Shown one piece after another: positions 9,830-19,984 of a stretch of 64,000 nt of DNA. A program made the position numbers and the translations under genes. Position 1 is the stretch's first letter. Each line of letters opens with the position of its first letter. The notes under the pieces are model-generated. The model was given only the letters and a program-made list of their open reading frames with translations, was not told the origin of the DNA and made no database searches. The DNA comes from an uncultured Bacteroidota bacterium (GTDB lineage: Bacteria > Bacteroidota > Bacteroidia > AKYH767-A > OLB10): positions 146,589-210,588 of the forward strand of contig CAWFDA010000044.1 of assembly GCA_963814475.1 (NCBI GenBank), in the 5' to 3' direction.

Positions 9830-10810
9830 TTATACGAGAAGTATTTTTTTGATGATTAACTTGATTTCATCGGGGTAATCAACTTTGATTGCTTTTGCAT
9901 TCAGAAAAAAGTCTTCTATTTTTTTATGATGTTTAGATTTCAAACTTTTTATTGAAGAAACACCCATCGACTTTAACATTGCAGCATTACATTGTTGTTC
10001 ATACTGATTTTTCATAGGAATTACCAACAGTTTTTTCCCAAGAAACAGGGCTTCTGAGGTTGTGCCAAAGCCCGCATTGCAAATCACACCTGTTGATGAG
10101 GACATACTGTCGAGGAATTTTTGACCTTGAATTGGTAAAATTTTAATATTTTTTTTATTTGAAGGTTTTTTGTTATGCTTTGAAAACACTTCAAATTTTA
10201 TATCCTTAAATTCAACTAGATTTTTTATTATTCTATCATCATCGTAAGAAGGTAAATAGACTGTATAATGATTTTTATTGGTTATATGACAGTCACGAAC
10301 TTCTTTACGGATGATAGGCGTAAAGATTTTATCAGATAGCGATTTGAAATGAAACCCGTATTCATCAGAAACAGGAGCATAGTATTCCAGAATCAGTTTT
10401 CCCAATGGATCGAACGATTTGGGTACAGGAGCATTAGGATGCAGAGTGGCAGACTGATTACTCAATCCAATGCATTTTACATTTTTCAAGTATGCCGCCC
10501 AGCAGCTGATGGGTTCAAAATCGGAGATGACCAAATCATATTTTTCAATAGGAAACTGACGAATTTCTTTTAGTAATCGAAAAGAATTTATTTTCTTGAA
10601 GGTTTTAATCAAATCGATTCCTCCACTTTTACCAAAAACAAAATACAAGCCTTTCATTCTGTATTTAGGTTCAAATGGGAGTGGTAAATCATATTGTTCT
10701 CCACTAATCAGCACATCAACATCGGCATATTTTTGAAGATGTGGTAAAATCTCTATTGCTCTTGTTAGATGTCCGTTGCCTGTACCTTGAATTCCGTAAA
10801 GTATTTTCAT
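9830..10810 (-). CDS. Glycosyltransferase (MJ1255/TIGR00661-like, MGT family)
   Basis: MKILYGIQGTGNGHLTRAIEI at the N-terminus, typical of this GT family. It overlaps the upstream gene by 4 bp. Confidence 0.55.
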   Translation of the reverse strand: MKILYGIQGTGNGHLTRAIEILPHLQKYADVDVLISGEQYDLPLPFEPKYRMKGLYFVFGKSGGIDLIKTFKKINSFRLLKEIRQFPIEKYDLVISDFEPISCWAAYLKNVKCIGLSNQSATLHPNAPVPKSFDPLGKLILEYYAPVSDEYGFHFKSLSDKIFTPIIRKEVRDCHITNKNHYTVYLPSYDDDRIIKNLVEFKDIKFEVFSKHNKKPSNKKNIKILPIQGQKFLDSMSSSTGVICNAGFGTTSEALFLGKKLLVIPMKNQYEQQCNAAMLKSMGVSSIKSLKSKHHKKIEDFFLNAKAIKVDYPDEIKLIIKKILLV

Positions 10811-11688
10811 GAATTATTTTTGACAGAAGGTCTTATTTGAATTTCTTTTAAAAGTTGATTAAAAATTTCTGTTTTTTCAGCATAAATCATAGCATCATCC
10901 TCATTATCTTCTTCCGTTTCATTAAATTGATGCTCTTTGTAATTAAACATACTCCATTTTTGATCATGATATTCCAAAGCAGATAAATTCTCAACCCAAT
11001 CACCGGAGTTCATGTAAATTACACTTCCGTTTGTATTTGTAATTGTTTTTATTTCAGGATGGTGAATATGTCCGCAAAGTACGTAATCGTATTTGTTATC
11101 AATTGCAATTTCTGCACATGTTTCTTCAAAGTTGTTAATGAACTTAACAGCTTGTTTCACACTATTTTTAATTCTTTTGGAAAGAGATATTTTTTCTTTT
11201 CCCATTTTTTGAAGTGTCCAGTTACAAGCTGCATTAATATGTATTAGTAAATCGTACCCTATGGATCCCAATTTAGTTAGCCATCGTGCATTTTGCATGG
11301 TCACATCAAAAACATCTCCATGAAAAATCCAGGCTTTTTTCCCATCCAATTCTAGGATGAGTTTATTTTCAATTTTAAGTGAACCTAACTTAAAACCTTC
11401 AAACCTCCGCAGCATTTCATCATGATTACCCGTGATGTAATATACTTTGGTTCCTTTGGTAGCCCATGAAATAATTTGTTTAATAACTTGCATGTGAGCT
11501 TTTGGCCAATACGATTTTGAAAATTGCCATATATCAATGATGTCGCCATTTAATACCACAGTTCCGGGTTTAATACTTTTCATGTATTGAACCAATTCTT
11601 TGGCGTGGCAACCGTAGGTGCCGAGGTGGACATCAGAAATAACAACAAGTTCAACTTTTCTCTTTGGTGACTTCTTGTTTTCTTTCAT
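10807..11688 (-). CDS. LpxH-family metallophosphoesterase (UDP-2,3-diacylglucosamine diphosphatase-like)
   Basis: ISDVHLG, GDIID and GNHD calcineurin-like metallophosphoesterase motifs. Confidence 0.6.
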   Translation of the reverse strand: MKENKKSPKRKVELVVISDVHLGTYGCHAKELVQYMKSIKPGTVVLNGDIIDIWQFSKSYWPKAHMQVIKQIISWATKGTKVYYITGNHDEMLRRFEGFKLGSLKIENKLILELDGKKAWIFHGDVFDVTMQNARWLTKLGSIGYDLLIHINAACNWTLQKMGKEKISLSKRIKNSVKQAVKFINNFEETCAEIAIDNKYDYVLCGHIHHPEIKTITNTNGSVIYMNSGDWVENLSALEYHDQKWSMFNYKEHQFNETEEDNEDDAMIYAEKTEIFNQLLKEIQIRPSVKNNS

Positions 11689-11898
11689 CTATTAAGTTTG
11701 TCTGATATGAAATCCCGCTCCGTATTTGAGCCAGGCAATGAAAATTAATCCGTTAAACCATCTTTTTATATGGTTTGCAAAAGTGATGACGGAATTAATG
11801 ATTTGTTTCAAATTGTAATATTTCACAGTGCAATATTACGACGACAAACTTATGAGAATGTTTTTTCAATGTTAAGAAATTGTCAATTTCGGTCGGCA

Positions 11899-11947
11899 GC
11901 CTGCCTGCCAAGCTAAAGGCAAGCCTTTGCTTGGCGATAGCAGGCAG
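11899..11947. repeat. REP-like palindromic element, copy 1 (GCCTGCCTGCCAAGC-loop-GCTTGGCGATAGCAGGCAG)
   Basis: An inverted repeat about 50 bp long. Near-identical copies sit at 14794-14843, 19801-19850 and, reverse-complemented, 56579-56628. Confidence 0.75.
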
Positions 11948-12031
11948 TCGGCAGTTGGTGGTCGGCGGCAATGGGCAGTTGCCAGCCGGTCAGTTGCGTA
12001 AATACGCTGTACTATGAAAATTGATCTGTTT

Positions 12032-14735
12032 CTACTTCACAAACTTCCCGACATTTACCTCTTCAATTTTTACAAAATACACTCCAGAGGCCAGGTTGGA
12101 AATATTTAGAGTTTGATTTTGGGTAGAGTTGGTTGTGAGAGGTGAAGAAATGCTTTTTACCTGTTGGCCAAACACATTAAAGAGTTCCACTGATTGCTGG
12201 GTATTTTTGGTGTTTTTCCATTCAATAGTAATTTCATCCTTGGCGGGATTAGGGTATAATTTCACCTCTCCATTTAGAATGTTTGCAGAAGCATTATCGT
12301 TTAATGAGGTGAGCAATACTATTTTCGTAATTGCATCATTGGTAATAACGGGGTCATTGAAATCAAAATATATCGCAGCGAAATTTGTGATACTGTCGCC
12401 GACTGTTAAATTTGATTTTGGTTGAATGCGATAACGAATAAATCCATGACTCATGGGTTCGTTGATGTTACTGTCTGGCGAGAAGGATATTGGTGAACAA
12501 AAATTCCATATTTTTTTCCCAATTTATCCAGGTTAATTGCACAGGATTTGATGATGATAAAAATCGGAATGAATTAAGGTCGAGAAAATTGGTGTCGATA
12601 GGATTAAGTACTTTAACAGTAAAAGCGGTGTCGTTTCCTGTATTTTGAAAGCGGATAATGTAATCGAGGAATTGTCCGTTAGCAACATCAATTGAAGTAA
12701 GTGTATCGTGGCTCACCAATATATCGTTTGGATCAAAACTTCCTGTAGTTAATACCTCCCAATAGGTTAAATTGCAAGTTGGGTTTGCGTCGCCTGCTAT
12801 TGGTTCAATTGCTGCTGCTGAATTGATAATTGTTCCGATAGTTAAACCTAAATTGATGGTTACGTTTACTAATATTTGTCCTGATTGAAAGGGATTAAGT
12901 GGACCAAAGTTCCAAACTATAGAATCTGTTGTAACCGAAGTGGGTGTAGGGGATGCTGATGTGTATGAAATATTTGTATCTACATAAAAAATGATGGTAG
13001 GAGTAAGGGTAGTGTTTCCATAATTTTGGTAATTGATTAAATAGGAAGCCGAAAATCCCGATCGGAATAAACCCGTTGGAGTGATACTCACACACAAATC
13101 GTTGATGACACCGATTGGTTGTATTGCAAAATCATTAAGAGAATCAATTTGTTGAAATGTAGAAAAGCTGGCTACATTTGCAATAGGAGATGAACTGTAA
13201 TAGTTAGGAACAGTAGCTTCAATGGAAACGCTTCCTGTATCCAAAACCAAAAATAAATATTCCCCCGTAATTTTTGAAAAAGCAATTCTCCCCGAGGTAT
13301 TTGAACTTATCATATTGTTTGAAATTGGAAATTCACCAACATCTTGAATTCCATTCGAGTCGGAATCAATAAAAATTTTTCCGGCAAGGGCATTATATTT
13401 ATCGGTAAGATTTGCAACCCAAAAATCATAGAGTCCTTGAGAATTTTCTGATTTATCACCCGACATTCCTGAATTGGACAAACCTCCACACATGTATGTT
13501 CCATCTGAAACTTGTATCAGATCATAACTCCAATCATCATTTGAGCCTCCTATAGTATTTTGCCATAGAATATTACCCAATGAGTCGAGTCGTATCACCC
13601 ACATGTCATTACTACCGTTTGAATATTCTGTTTTGTCGCCGGAGATATTTGAATTGGAATATCCACCACACATGTATCCGGATCCGGACAACGGAACAAC
13701 TGAAGTCAAAATATCATCATTAGAACCACCTATAGTATTTTGCCATTCAATAGTTCCTAATGAATCTAATTTTACTACCCAATAGTCAGAATTTCCTAAG
13801 CAGTTTTCAATTTTATCACCCGATATTTCCGAATTGGAATGACCACCACAAACATAGCCGCCATCCGCAGTGACGCTAACCGATTTTAAATAATCCCACG
13901 AACTTCCTCCAATAGTTTTTTGCCATTGAATACTACCTGTTGGATCCAGTTTGATTACCCAATAGTCATCCAGACCTTTTGAATCATCCGCTTTATCACC
14001 TGACTGATTTGATTTTGAATACCCACCACAAATAAATCCACCATCAGCAGTTTGAGAAATGTCATACAACAGGTCCGAATTATTTCCACCAATAGTATTC
14101 TGCCATTCAATTGCCAGGGCTGTATCTAATTTTATGACCCAATAATCACTTCCTCCGTTGGAAGGTTCGGTTTTATCTCCTGTAACATTTGATTCAGACC
14201 AACCACCGCAAATATATCCTCCATCTGCAGTTTGCCTAATGGAATATAACTGATCAATGCCATTTCCTCCCAGAGTTTTTTGATATTCGATATCACCCGA
14301 TGAATTTAATTTCAGAATCCAATAATCATAACTGCCTTTACAGTTTTCGGTTTTATCACCATTTGCGTTTGACAATGACCAACCGCCGCAAATATATCCT
14401 CCATCGGAAGTTTGTTCAATTGAATAGAGCCAGTCATCAAGACTCCCACCAAATGCTTTCTGCCACAAAATGTTACCGGCGGAATCAAGTTTAATGATCC
14501 AATAATCAGTTTGCCCTCTTAACGGAGCGGTTTTGTCACCTGAAATTGGAGATTTTGAATATCCCCCACAAATATATCCTCCATCAGAAGTTTTAGAGAT
14601 ACTTTGTAAGCCATCATCACCACTTCCCCCAATGGTGTTCTGCCAATCAATTTCCTGAGCCAGAACCAAATTAGTGCAAATGGGTGAAAATTGAACAGCG
14701 ATTAATAGCGCTAAAAGAAGCAGGATGTTTTTCAT
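12032..14735 (-). CDS. T9SS-secreted protein with nine tandem repeats of about 47 aa and a Por C-terminal sorting domain, split by a 1-base indel near 12478
   Basis: Signal peptide, then nine repeats of the form DGGYICGG-SGDKTE-DYW-KLD-WQKT-GG. The CTD (KLYPNPAKDEITIEW...VYFVKIE) is in the downstream ORF. Removing one base near CTCGCC restores LLPDSNINEPMSHGF. Confidence 0.7.
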
Positions 14736-14793
14736 TTTGGAAATTTTTCTTAAAAATAGGAAAAGATATTGAAACGAGGAAATTCAGTCGGCA

Positions 14794-14843
14794 GCCTGCC
14801 TGCCAAGCTAAAGACAAGCCTTTGCTTGGCGATTGCAGGCAGG
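14794..14843. repeat. REP-like palindromic element, copy 2
   Basis: Same 50-bp palindrome as 11899-11947. Confidence 0.75.
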
Positions 14844-15075
14844 TTGGCAATCGTTCTTGAAGGAATATGTAGGCCAAATTGGGGATAAGTTGATAATCCT
14901 TAGTTGCTAAAGTTATCAGTAGGTTACCAAAGATAACATCCGCTGTTGCCAAGGCAATTGCTACAGTTACTGATATCGCTACTGTCACGTCACCACACTT
15001 ATCCTTAATAAATCTATCATAATAAATCATAACCATCATAATTATCAAAAAAATCAACCGCCACAAAACATCAAA

Positions 15076-15969
15076 ATGAAAAAAAACTCCTTTTTTTACA
15101 CTTTTTTCAAAATAAGCCTTATATTTGCTTCAACAATTAACTTTTTTAAATCATTTTTCATGTATTCTAACCTTTTTTCAGGCCTTTTAGGTGGCCTTCT
15201 TTTACTACCCGCTATTGGAAATAGCATTAATCTTCCTTCTAATCCCACTCTTGGCACTGCGAGTTTATCGAATGGACTTTGGTCGGTTTTGAATAATCCT
15301 GCAGGATTGCCCGGTGATGGGAAATTCTCAACAGGTTTTTATCACGATCGAACTTTCCTGATGAAGGAATTAGCCACCTCCTCATTTGCAATTTCGCTTC
15401 CGGTTAAATCCAATGGTGCTTTTGGAATTGGATACAAACAGTTTGGTTACTCGTTGTATAAGGAGATGGATGTTGGTTTTTGTTATGGAATGAAATTTGG
15501 ATCTGCAGTGACAGCAGGAGTTCGGTTCGATTATTTATCGACACGTTTTGGCAATGAGTATGGCAATGCTTATGCGATGACAGGTTCTGCAGGAATACTG
15601 ATTCAACTCACTCGTGAATTGCAAACCGGTTTTTATCTTCATAATCCGCAACGTTCAAAATTTTCAGGAAACAGTAATGAACGTACTCCATCTTTTGCTT
15701 CTGTTGGACTTAAATGGAATTTTGGTAATCATGCCGAAATTGATTTAGGTGTTGAAAAGAAAAGTATTGAAAAAGAACGTTTAAAATGCGGCTTTAAGTA
15801 TAGTTTATCAAATCAATTTGGATTTTACGGAGGAGTTTCTTCGGGTAAAGACGCATTTCATTTTGGTTTTCAATTTCGTGTCAGTAATTTCTATTTTGAT
15901 GTAGCTTCCGGTTACGATGTGCTTTTGGGTTTTTCTCCCGGTTTTTCAATGATTTTTAAAAGTAAGTAA
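15076..15969 (+). CDS. Outer-membrane beta-barrel protein, possibly PorP/SprF family
   Basis: Signal peptide, an NNPAGL motif resembling the NPAYAG motif of PorP/SprF, about 300 aa with alternating beta-strand pattern. The family call is tentative. Confidence 0.4.
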   Translation: MKKNSFFYTFFKISLIFASTINFFKSFFMYSNLFSGLLGGLLLLPAIGNSINLPSNPTLGTASLSNGLWSVLNNPAGLPGDGKFSTGFYHDRTFLMKELATSSFAISLPVKSNGAFGIGYKQFGYSLYKEMDVGFCYGMKFGSAVTAGVRFDYLSTRFGNEYGNAYAMTGSAGILIQLTRELQTGFYLHNPQRSKFSGNSNERTPSFASVGLKWNFGNHAEIDLGVEKKSIEKERLKCGFKYSLSNQFGFYGGVSSGKDAFHFGFQFRVSNFYFDVASGYDVLLGFSPGFSMIFKSK

Positions 15970-15970
15970 T

Positions 15971-18049
15971 ATGAAAATTTCAATGCTGTTGAAGCCGACA
16001 ATTTTGTTCGGTGTTTGTTTATGGATGTACGGTATATTTCCATGTTTTGCTCAAGATGATAACATTAATTCCATTGTTATGGAAGAAATTGTAGAGCGTA
16101 ATGCTGATGGTGTTGATCAGGAAGTGGATCTTACTGAATTAACAGAAAGTATTAATGACCTGTTAGATCATCCGTTAAATATTAATAAAGCGCCTGCGGA
16201 TGAATTCAGAGAATTTGGAATTTTTACAGAGGTGCAAATTAGAAATCTTCATAGCCATATTGAACGTTTTGGGAAATTACTTGCTGTTGCAGAATTGCAA
16301 GTAATTGAAGGGTTTGATGAGAATTTTATACGGCAAATTTCTCCTTATATTACCGTTGGAAGAGAAATTGATGAACCTAATGCATCATTAAGTAGAATGG
16401 TTAGTGAAGGCAGACATCAAATAATTTTGCGAACACAATGGATTCCGCAAGAGCGAAAAGGTTTTGTTGATACCGAAGAGGGACCTTATTATTTAGGCAA
16501 CCCATATAGTATTTATTTGCGTTACAAGTTTAATTTTATGAAGAAATTAAGTTGGGGCATTACTGCGGAAAAAGATGCAGGCGAGCAATTTTTTAGTGGT
16601 GCACAAAAACAGGGCTTTGATTTTTATTCGATGCATTTGGCTATCAGAGATGTTGGTCCTTTAAAAATTATTTTACTTGGCGATTATCAATTAAGTTATG
16701 GACAAGGGCTCACTTTATGGACCGGCATGTCGGGAGGAAAAGCTACCGACCCGGCCATGATACGCAAAAGTGCAAGAGGAATCCTTCCTTATACTTCTGC
16801 CAACGAAGTTTATTTTAAAAGAGGTGCTTGTGTTTCCGTAAAGAGAAAAAAAATTCAAACAGATTTATTTTTTTCTGCTCGTAAAATGGACGGAAACCTT
16901 CAGCAAATAACTGATTCAGCAAGTTCTGATGATTTAATAACTTCTTTTCAGGAAAGTGGTTACCACCGAACTGCCAATGAGATTGCGGATAAAAATTCGA
17001 TGAGAGAACTTTTGTTTGGTAGTCATGTTGGATATCAAAAAAGAAATTTACAATTAGGAGTTACGGGAGTTCACATGCACTACTCTCTCCCACTCAAGAA
17101 AGAATCACATCCTTATAATCAATTTGAATTTTCAGGGAAGTCTCTCACTAATTTGGGGATTGATTACTCTTGGTTGTATAGAAACATTAATTTTTATGGT
17201 GAAACAGGTATTAATACCAACGGAAAAATTGCAACTGTAAATGGTTTGTTGATGAGTCTTGATTCACGATTGGTTGTTTCAATAGTTTTTCGAAATTACC
17301 CAAGAGATTTCAAAACTCTTTACTCTTCCGCTCTTCGCGAAAGCGGAAATAATTTTAATGAAACCGGAATTTATTCAGCTGTTTCATTTAAGCCGCATAG
17401 AATAATAACAATGAATGCTGCGTATGATAAATTTTATTTTCCTTGGTTGCGTTATCGCACCGATGCTCCCAGCAACGGCTATGAATTTTCTGGAATGATA
17501 ACTTATCAACCTTCGCGCGGGACTCAATTGTATGTCCGTTATCGTGAATCACAAAAAATGCAGAACAGTTCAGAGGATGATATTCTAGTTAGTTTTCTCG
17601 TTCCGGTAAAACAAAACGCAATTCGTTTTCATATATCCACGAAAGTGTCGAAATCATTCACCTTCAGAACGCGGATCGAATTGGTGCATTATAAAAAGGA
17701 ATCTTCCTCTGATAAAGGATTCATGATATTTCAAGATGTACAGTTTCACCCTATGGGAATAAAATGGTCGTGTAATGCACGTTATGCCATATTCGACAGT
17801 GACAGCTACGATGCCAGGATGTATGCTTATGAAAATGACGTTTTGTATGGATATTCAATCCCTGCATATTATTATAAGGGATCAAGATTTTATTTTAATT
17901 TGAGGTATAAAATTGTTAAGGGTTTAGATGCATGGTTCCGATATGCCGCCACATTTTATTCAAACAGAACGGTTATTGGCAGTGGTATGGATGAAATTCA
18001 AGGCAACACCAAATCGGAATTCAAAATTCAAATCCGCGTGGAATTTTAA
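15971..18049 (+). CDS. Helix-hairpin-helix (ComEA-like) domain protein fused to a large C-terminal outer-membrane beta-barrel
   Basis: Signal peptide; a ComEA-like HhH segment (LNINKAPADEFREFGIFTEVQIRNL...LQVIEGFDENFIRQISPYITV); a long aromatic-rich barrel-like region ending in a C-terminal Phe. Confidence 0.55.
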   Translation: MKISMLLKPTILFGVCLWMYGIFPCFAQDDNINSIVMEEIVERNADGVDQEVDLTELTESINDLLDHPLNINKAPADEFREFGIFTEVQIRNLHSHIERFGKLLAVAELQVIEGFDENFIRQISPYITVGREIDEPNASLSRMVSEGRHQIILRTQWIPQERKGFVDTEEGPYYLGNPYSIYLRYKFNFMKKLSWGITAEKDAGEQFFSGAQKQGFDFYSMHLAIRDVGPLKIILLGDYQLSYGQGLTLWTGMSGGKATDPAMIRKSARGILPYTSANEVYFKRGACVSVKRKKIQTDLFFSARKMDGNLQQITDSASSDDLITSFQESGYHRTANEIADKNSMRELLFGSHVGYQKRNLQLGVTGVHMHYSLPLKKESHPYNQFEFSGKSLTNLGIDYSWLYRNINFYGETGINTNGKIATVNGLLMSLDSRLVVSIVFRNYPRDFKTLYSSALRESGNNFNETGIYSAVSFKPHRIITMNAAYDKFYFPWLRYRTDAPSNGYEFSGMITYQPSRGTQLYVRYRESQKMQNSSEDDILVSFLVPVKQNAIRFHISTKVSKSFTFRTRIELVHYKKESSSDKGFMIFQDVQFHPMGIKWSCNARYAIFDSDSYDARMYAYENDVLYGYSIPAYYYKGSRFYFNLRYKIVKGLDAWFRYAATFYSNRTVIGSGMDEIQGNTKSEFKIQIRVEF

Positions 18050-18107
18050 ACGCAATCGGCGTGTCAAATAAATGAAAAAATAGTCTTATTGGTTTGATCC
18101 CTGTGGT

Positions 18108-18130
18108 AGAGACGCAATGATTGCGTCTCT
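18108..18130. terminator. Hairpin AGAGACGCAA-TGA-TTGCGTCTCT between convergent genes
   Basis: A perfect 10-bp stem with a 3-nt loop, read directly. No strong T-tract follows it. Confidence 0.35.
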
Positions 18131-18199
18131 TGATGAATTTACAGAAAAATATTATACAAAATAATCGGAATGCATTCTTTAAACAGAAAACGATAATTA

Positions 18200-19780
18200 T
18201 CATTGAATTCTAAGGAACATGCTACACATCTCTGCCACCCTTTCTCCATCCATGGCAGCCGACATAATTCCACCTGCATAGCCTGCGCCTTCACCGCAAG
18301 GATACAGTCCATTTATTTGTGGATGCATGAGTGTTTCTTTGTCGCGAGGAATTCTAACAGGGGACGATGTTCTCGATTCGGTAGCAACAAGTACTGCATC
18401 GTTGGTGGCATACCCGCGCATTTTGCTTCCGAATGTTTGTAATCCTAATCGCAATGCATCGGCAACTGATTTCGGTAAAACATCACTCAAATTAATGGCT
18501 TTTAATCCGGGGATATAAGAGCAGTTGGGAAGTGATGACGAAGATTTGTTATTGATAAAGTCCATCATTCTTTGAGCTGGTGCAGATAAGTTATTTCCCC
18601 CTGCTTCAAAGCATTTCTGCTCTACGCTTCGTTGGAAGTTTAATGCTCTCAATTCACCCGTTTTCTCAAATGTTTTGAAATCATGATCATCAACACTTAC
18701 TACCAATCCGGAGTTGGAGTAGGGGTTGTTGCGTTTCGAAGGCGACCAACCGTTCACTACCACTTCTCCCGGTGCTGTTGCTGCTGCAGCTATAATTCCA
18801 CCTGGACACATGCAAAAAGAGTATATGCCCTTACCGTTAGCTTGTGCAGATAAGGAATAGGAGGCAGGAGGGAGGTAAGGATTGCGAGTTTCACAATGAT
18901 ATTGAAGAGTGTCAATAAGTGATTGCGGATGCTCAATTCGTACACCTAGTGCGAACGGTTTCGATTCGATTGCAATTCCATCGGCATTCAAATATTCAAA
19001 CACATCACGGGCAGAGTGTCCTGTTGCAAGAATTACTACTCTTGATTTAATGATTGTTTCCGCTGAATCAGAATTCGTTGATTTTATTTTGATTCCTGTA
19101 ACAACGTTTCCATCCCTAACCAATCCTGTGAATCTTGTATTGAATAAAAATTCCCCACCGCATTCGATGATCGCAATACGCATGGATTCAATAATCCCTG
19201 GAAGTTTGTTAGTTCCTATATGCGGATGTGCATCAATGGCGATGTCGGGAGAGGCACCAAATTGAATAAAAGTATTTAGAATCTGACCAACATTTCCACG
19301 TTTGTCGGCTCGTGTATATAATTTTCCATCGGAGTAGGTTCCTGCTCCACCTTCGCCAAAGCAATAATTGGAATCGGGATTAACAACGCGATCTTTATTC
19401 AATGTAGCCAGATCGCGTCTGCGTTCTTTTACATTTTTTCCTCTTTCAACTATAATTGGTTTTAATCCATTTTCTATTAATCGTATCGCTGCAAACATTC
19501 CGGCCGGACCGGCACCTATAATTATTACCGGTTCACTGTTGGAAACATATTGTAATTTACGAAGTATATTTTGATCTGGGATGGCTGGATTGTCGTTTGT
19601 GAAAATATCAACAACCAATCTTACTGTAACATTTTTTCCCCTCGCATCAATCGATCGTTTAACTTGTTGGATGGAATGAATTTCTTTAAATGGAATTCCG
19701 GATTTTGAGATTGCTTTCTTCTTCCAGATTTCTTCATTGGCCGCCTCTTCGGGTGACAGAATGAGTTCGATGGTTTTCAA
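18200..19780 (-). CDS. FAD-dependent oxidoreductase (COG2509-like flavoprotein)
   Basis: Dinucleotide-binding motif IIIGAGPAGMFAA; 526 aa. Confidence 0.65.
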   Translation of the reverse strand: MKTIELILSPEEAANEEIWKKKAISKSGIPFKEIHSIQQVKRSIDARGKNVTVRLVVDIFTNDNPAIPDQNILRKLQYVSNSEPVIIIGAGPAGMFAAIRLIENGLKPIIVERGKNVKERRRDLATLNKDRVVNPDSNYCFGEGGAGTYSDGKLYTRADKRGNVGQILNTFIQFGASPDIAIDAHPHIGTNKLPGIIESMRIAIIECGGEFLFNTRFTGLVRDGNVVTGIKIKSTNSDSAETIIKSRVVILATGHSARDVFEYLNADGIAIESKPFALGVRIEHPQSLIDTLQYHCETRNPYLPPASYSLSAQANGKGIYSFCMCPGGIIAAAATAPGEVVVNGWSPSKRNNPYSNSGLVVSVDDHDFKTFEKTGELRALNFQRSVEQKCFEAGGNNLSAPAQRMMDFINNKSSSSLPNCSYIPGLKAINLSDVLPKSVADALRLGLQTFGSKMRGYATNDAVLVATESRTSSPVRIPRDKETLMHPQINGLYPCGEGAGYAGGIMSAAMDGERVAEMCSMFLRIQ

Positions 19781-19800
19781 ATTGGTTTATTAGTTTATTA

Positions 19801-19850
19801 GCCTGCCTGCCAAGCTAAAGACAAGCTTTTTCTTGGCGATGGCAGGCAGG
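19801..19850. repeat. REP-like palindromic element, copy 3, followed by TTTATTGG and CTGCCTACTG word repeats up to about 19985
   Basis: Read directly from the sequence. Confidence 0.75.
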
Positions 19851-19984
19851 TTTATTGGTTTATTGGTTTATTGGTTTGTTAGTTTTATAGTTTTGTAGAG
19901 TAAAAGACTGCTGACCGAAAACTGCCTACTGCTGCCACCGACCGCCTACTGCGTACTGCCTACTGCTGACCGAAGGCTGCCTCC

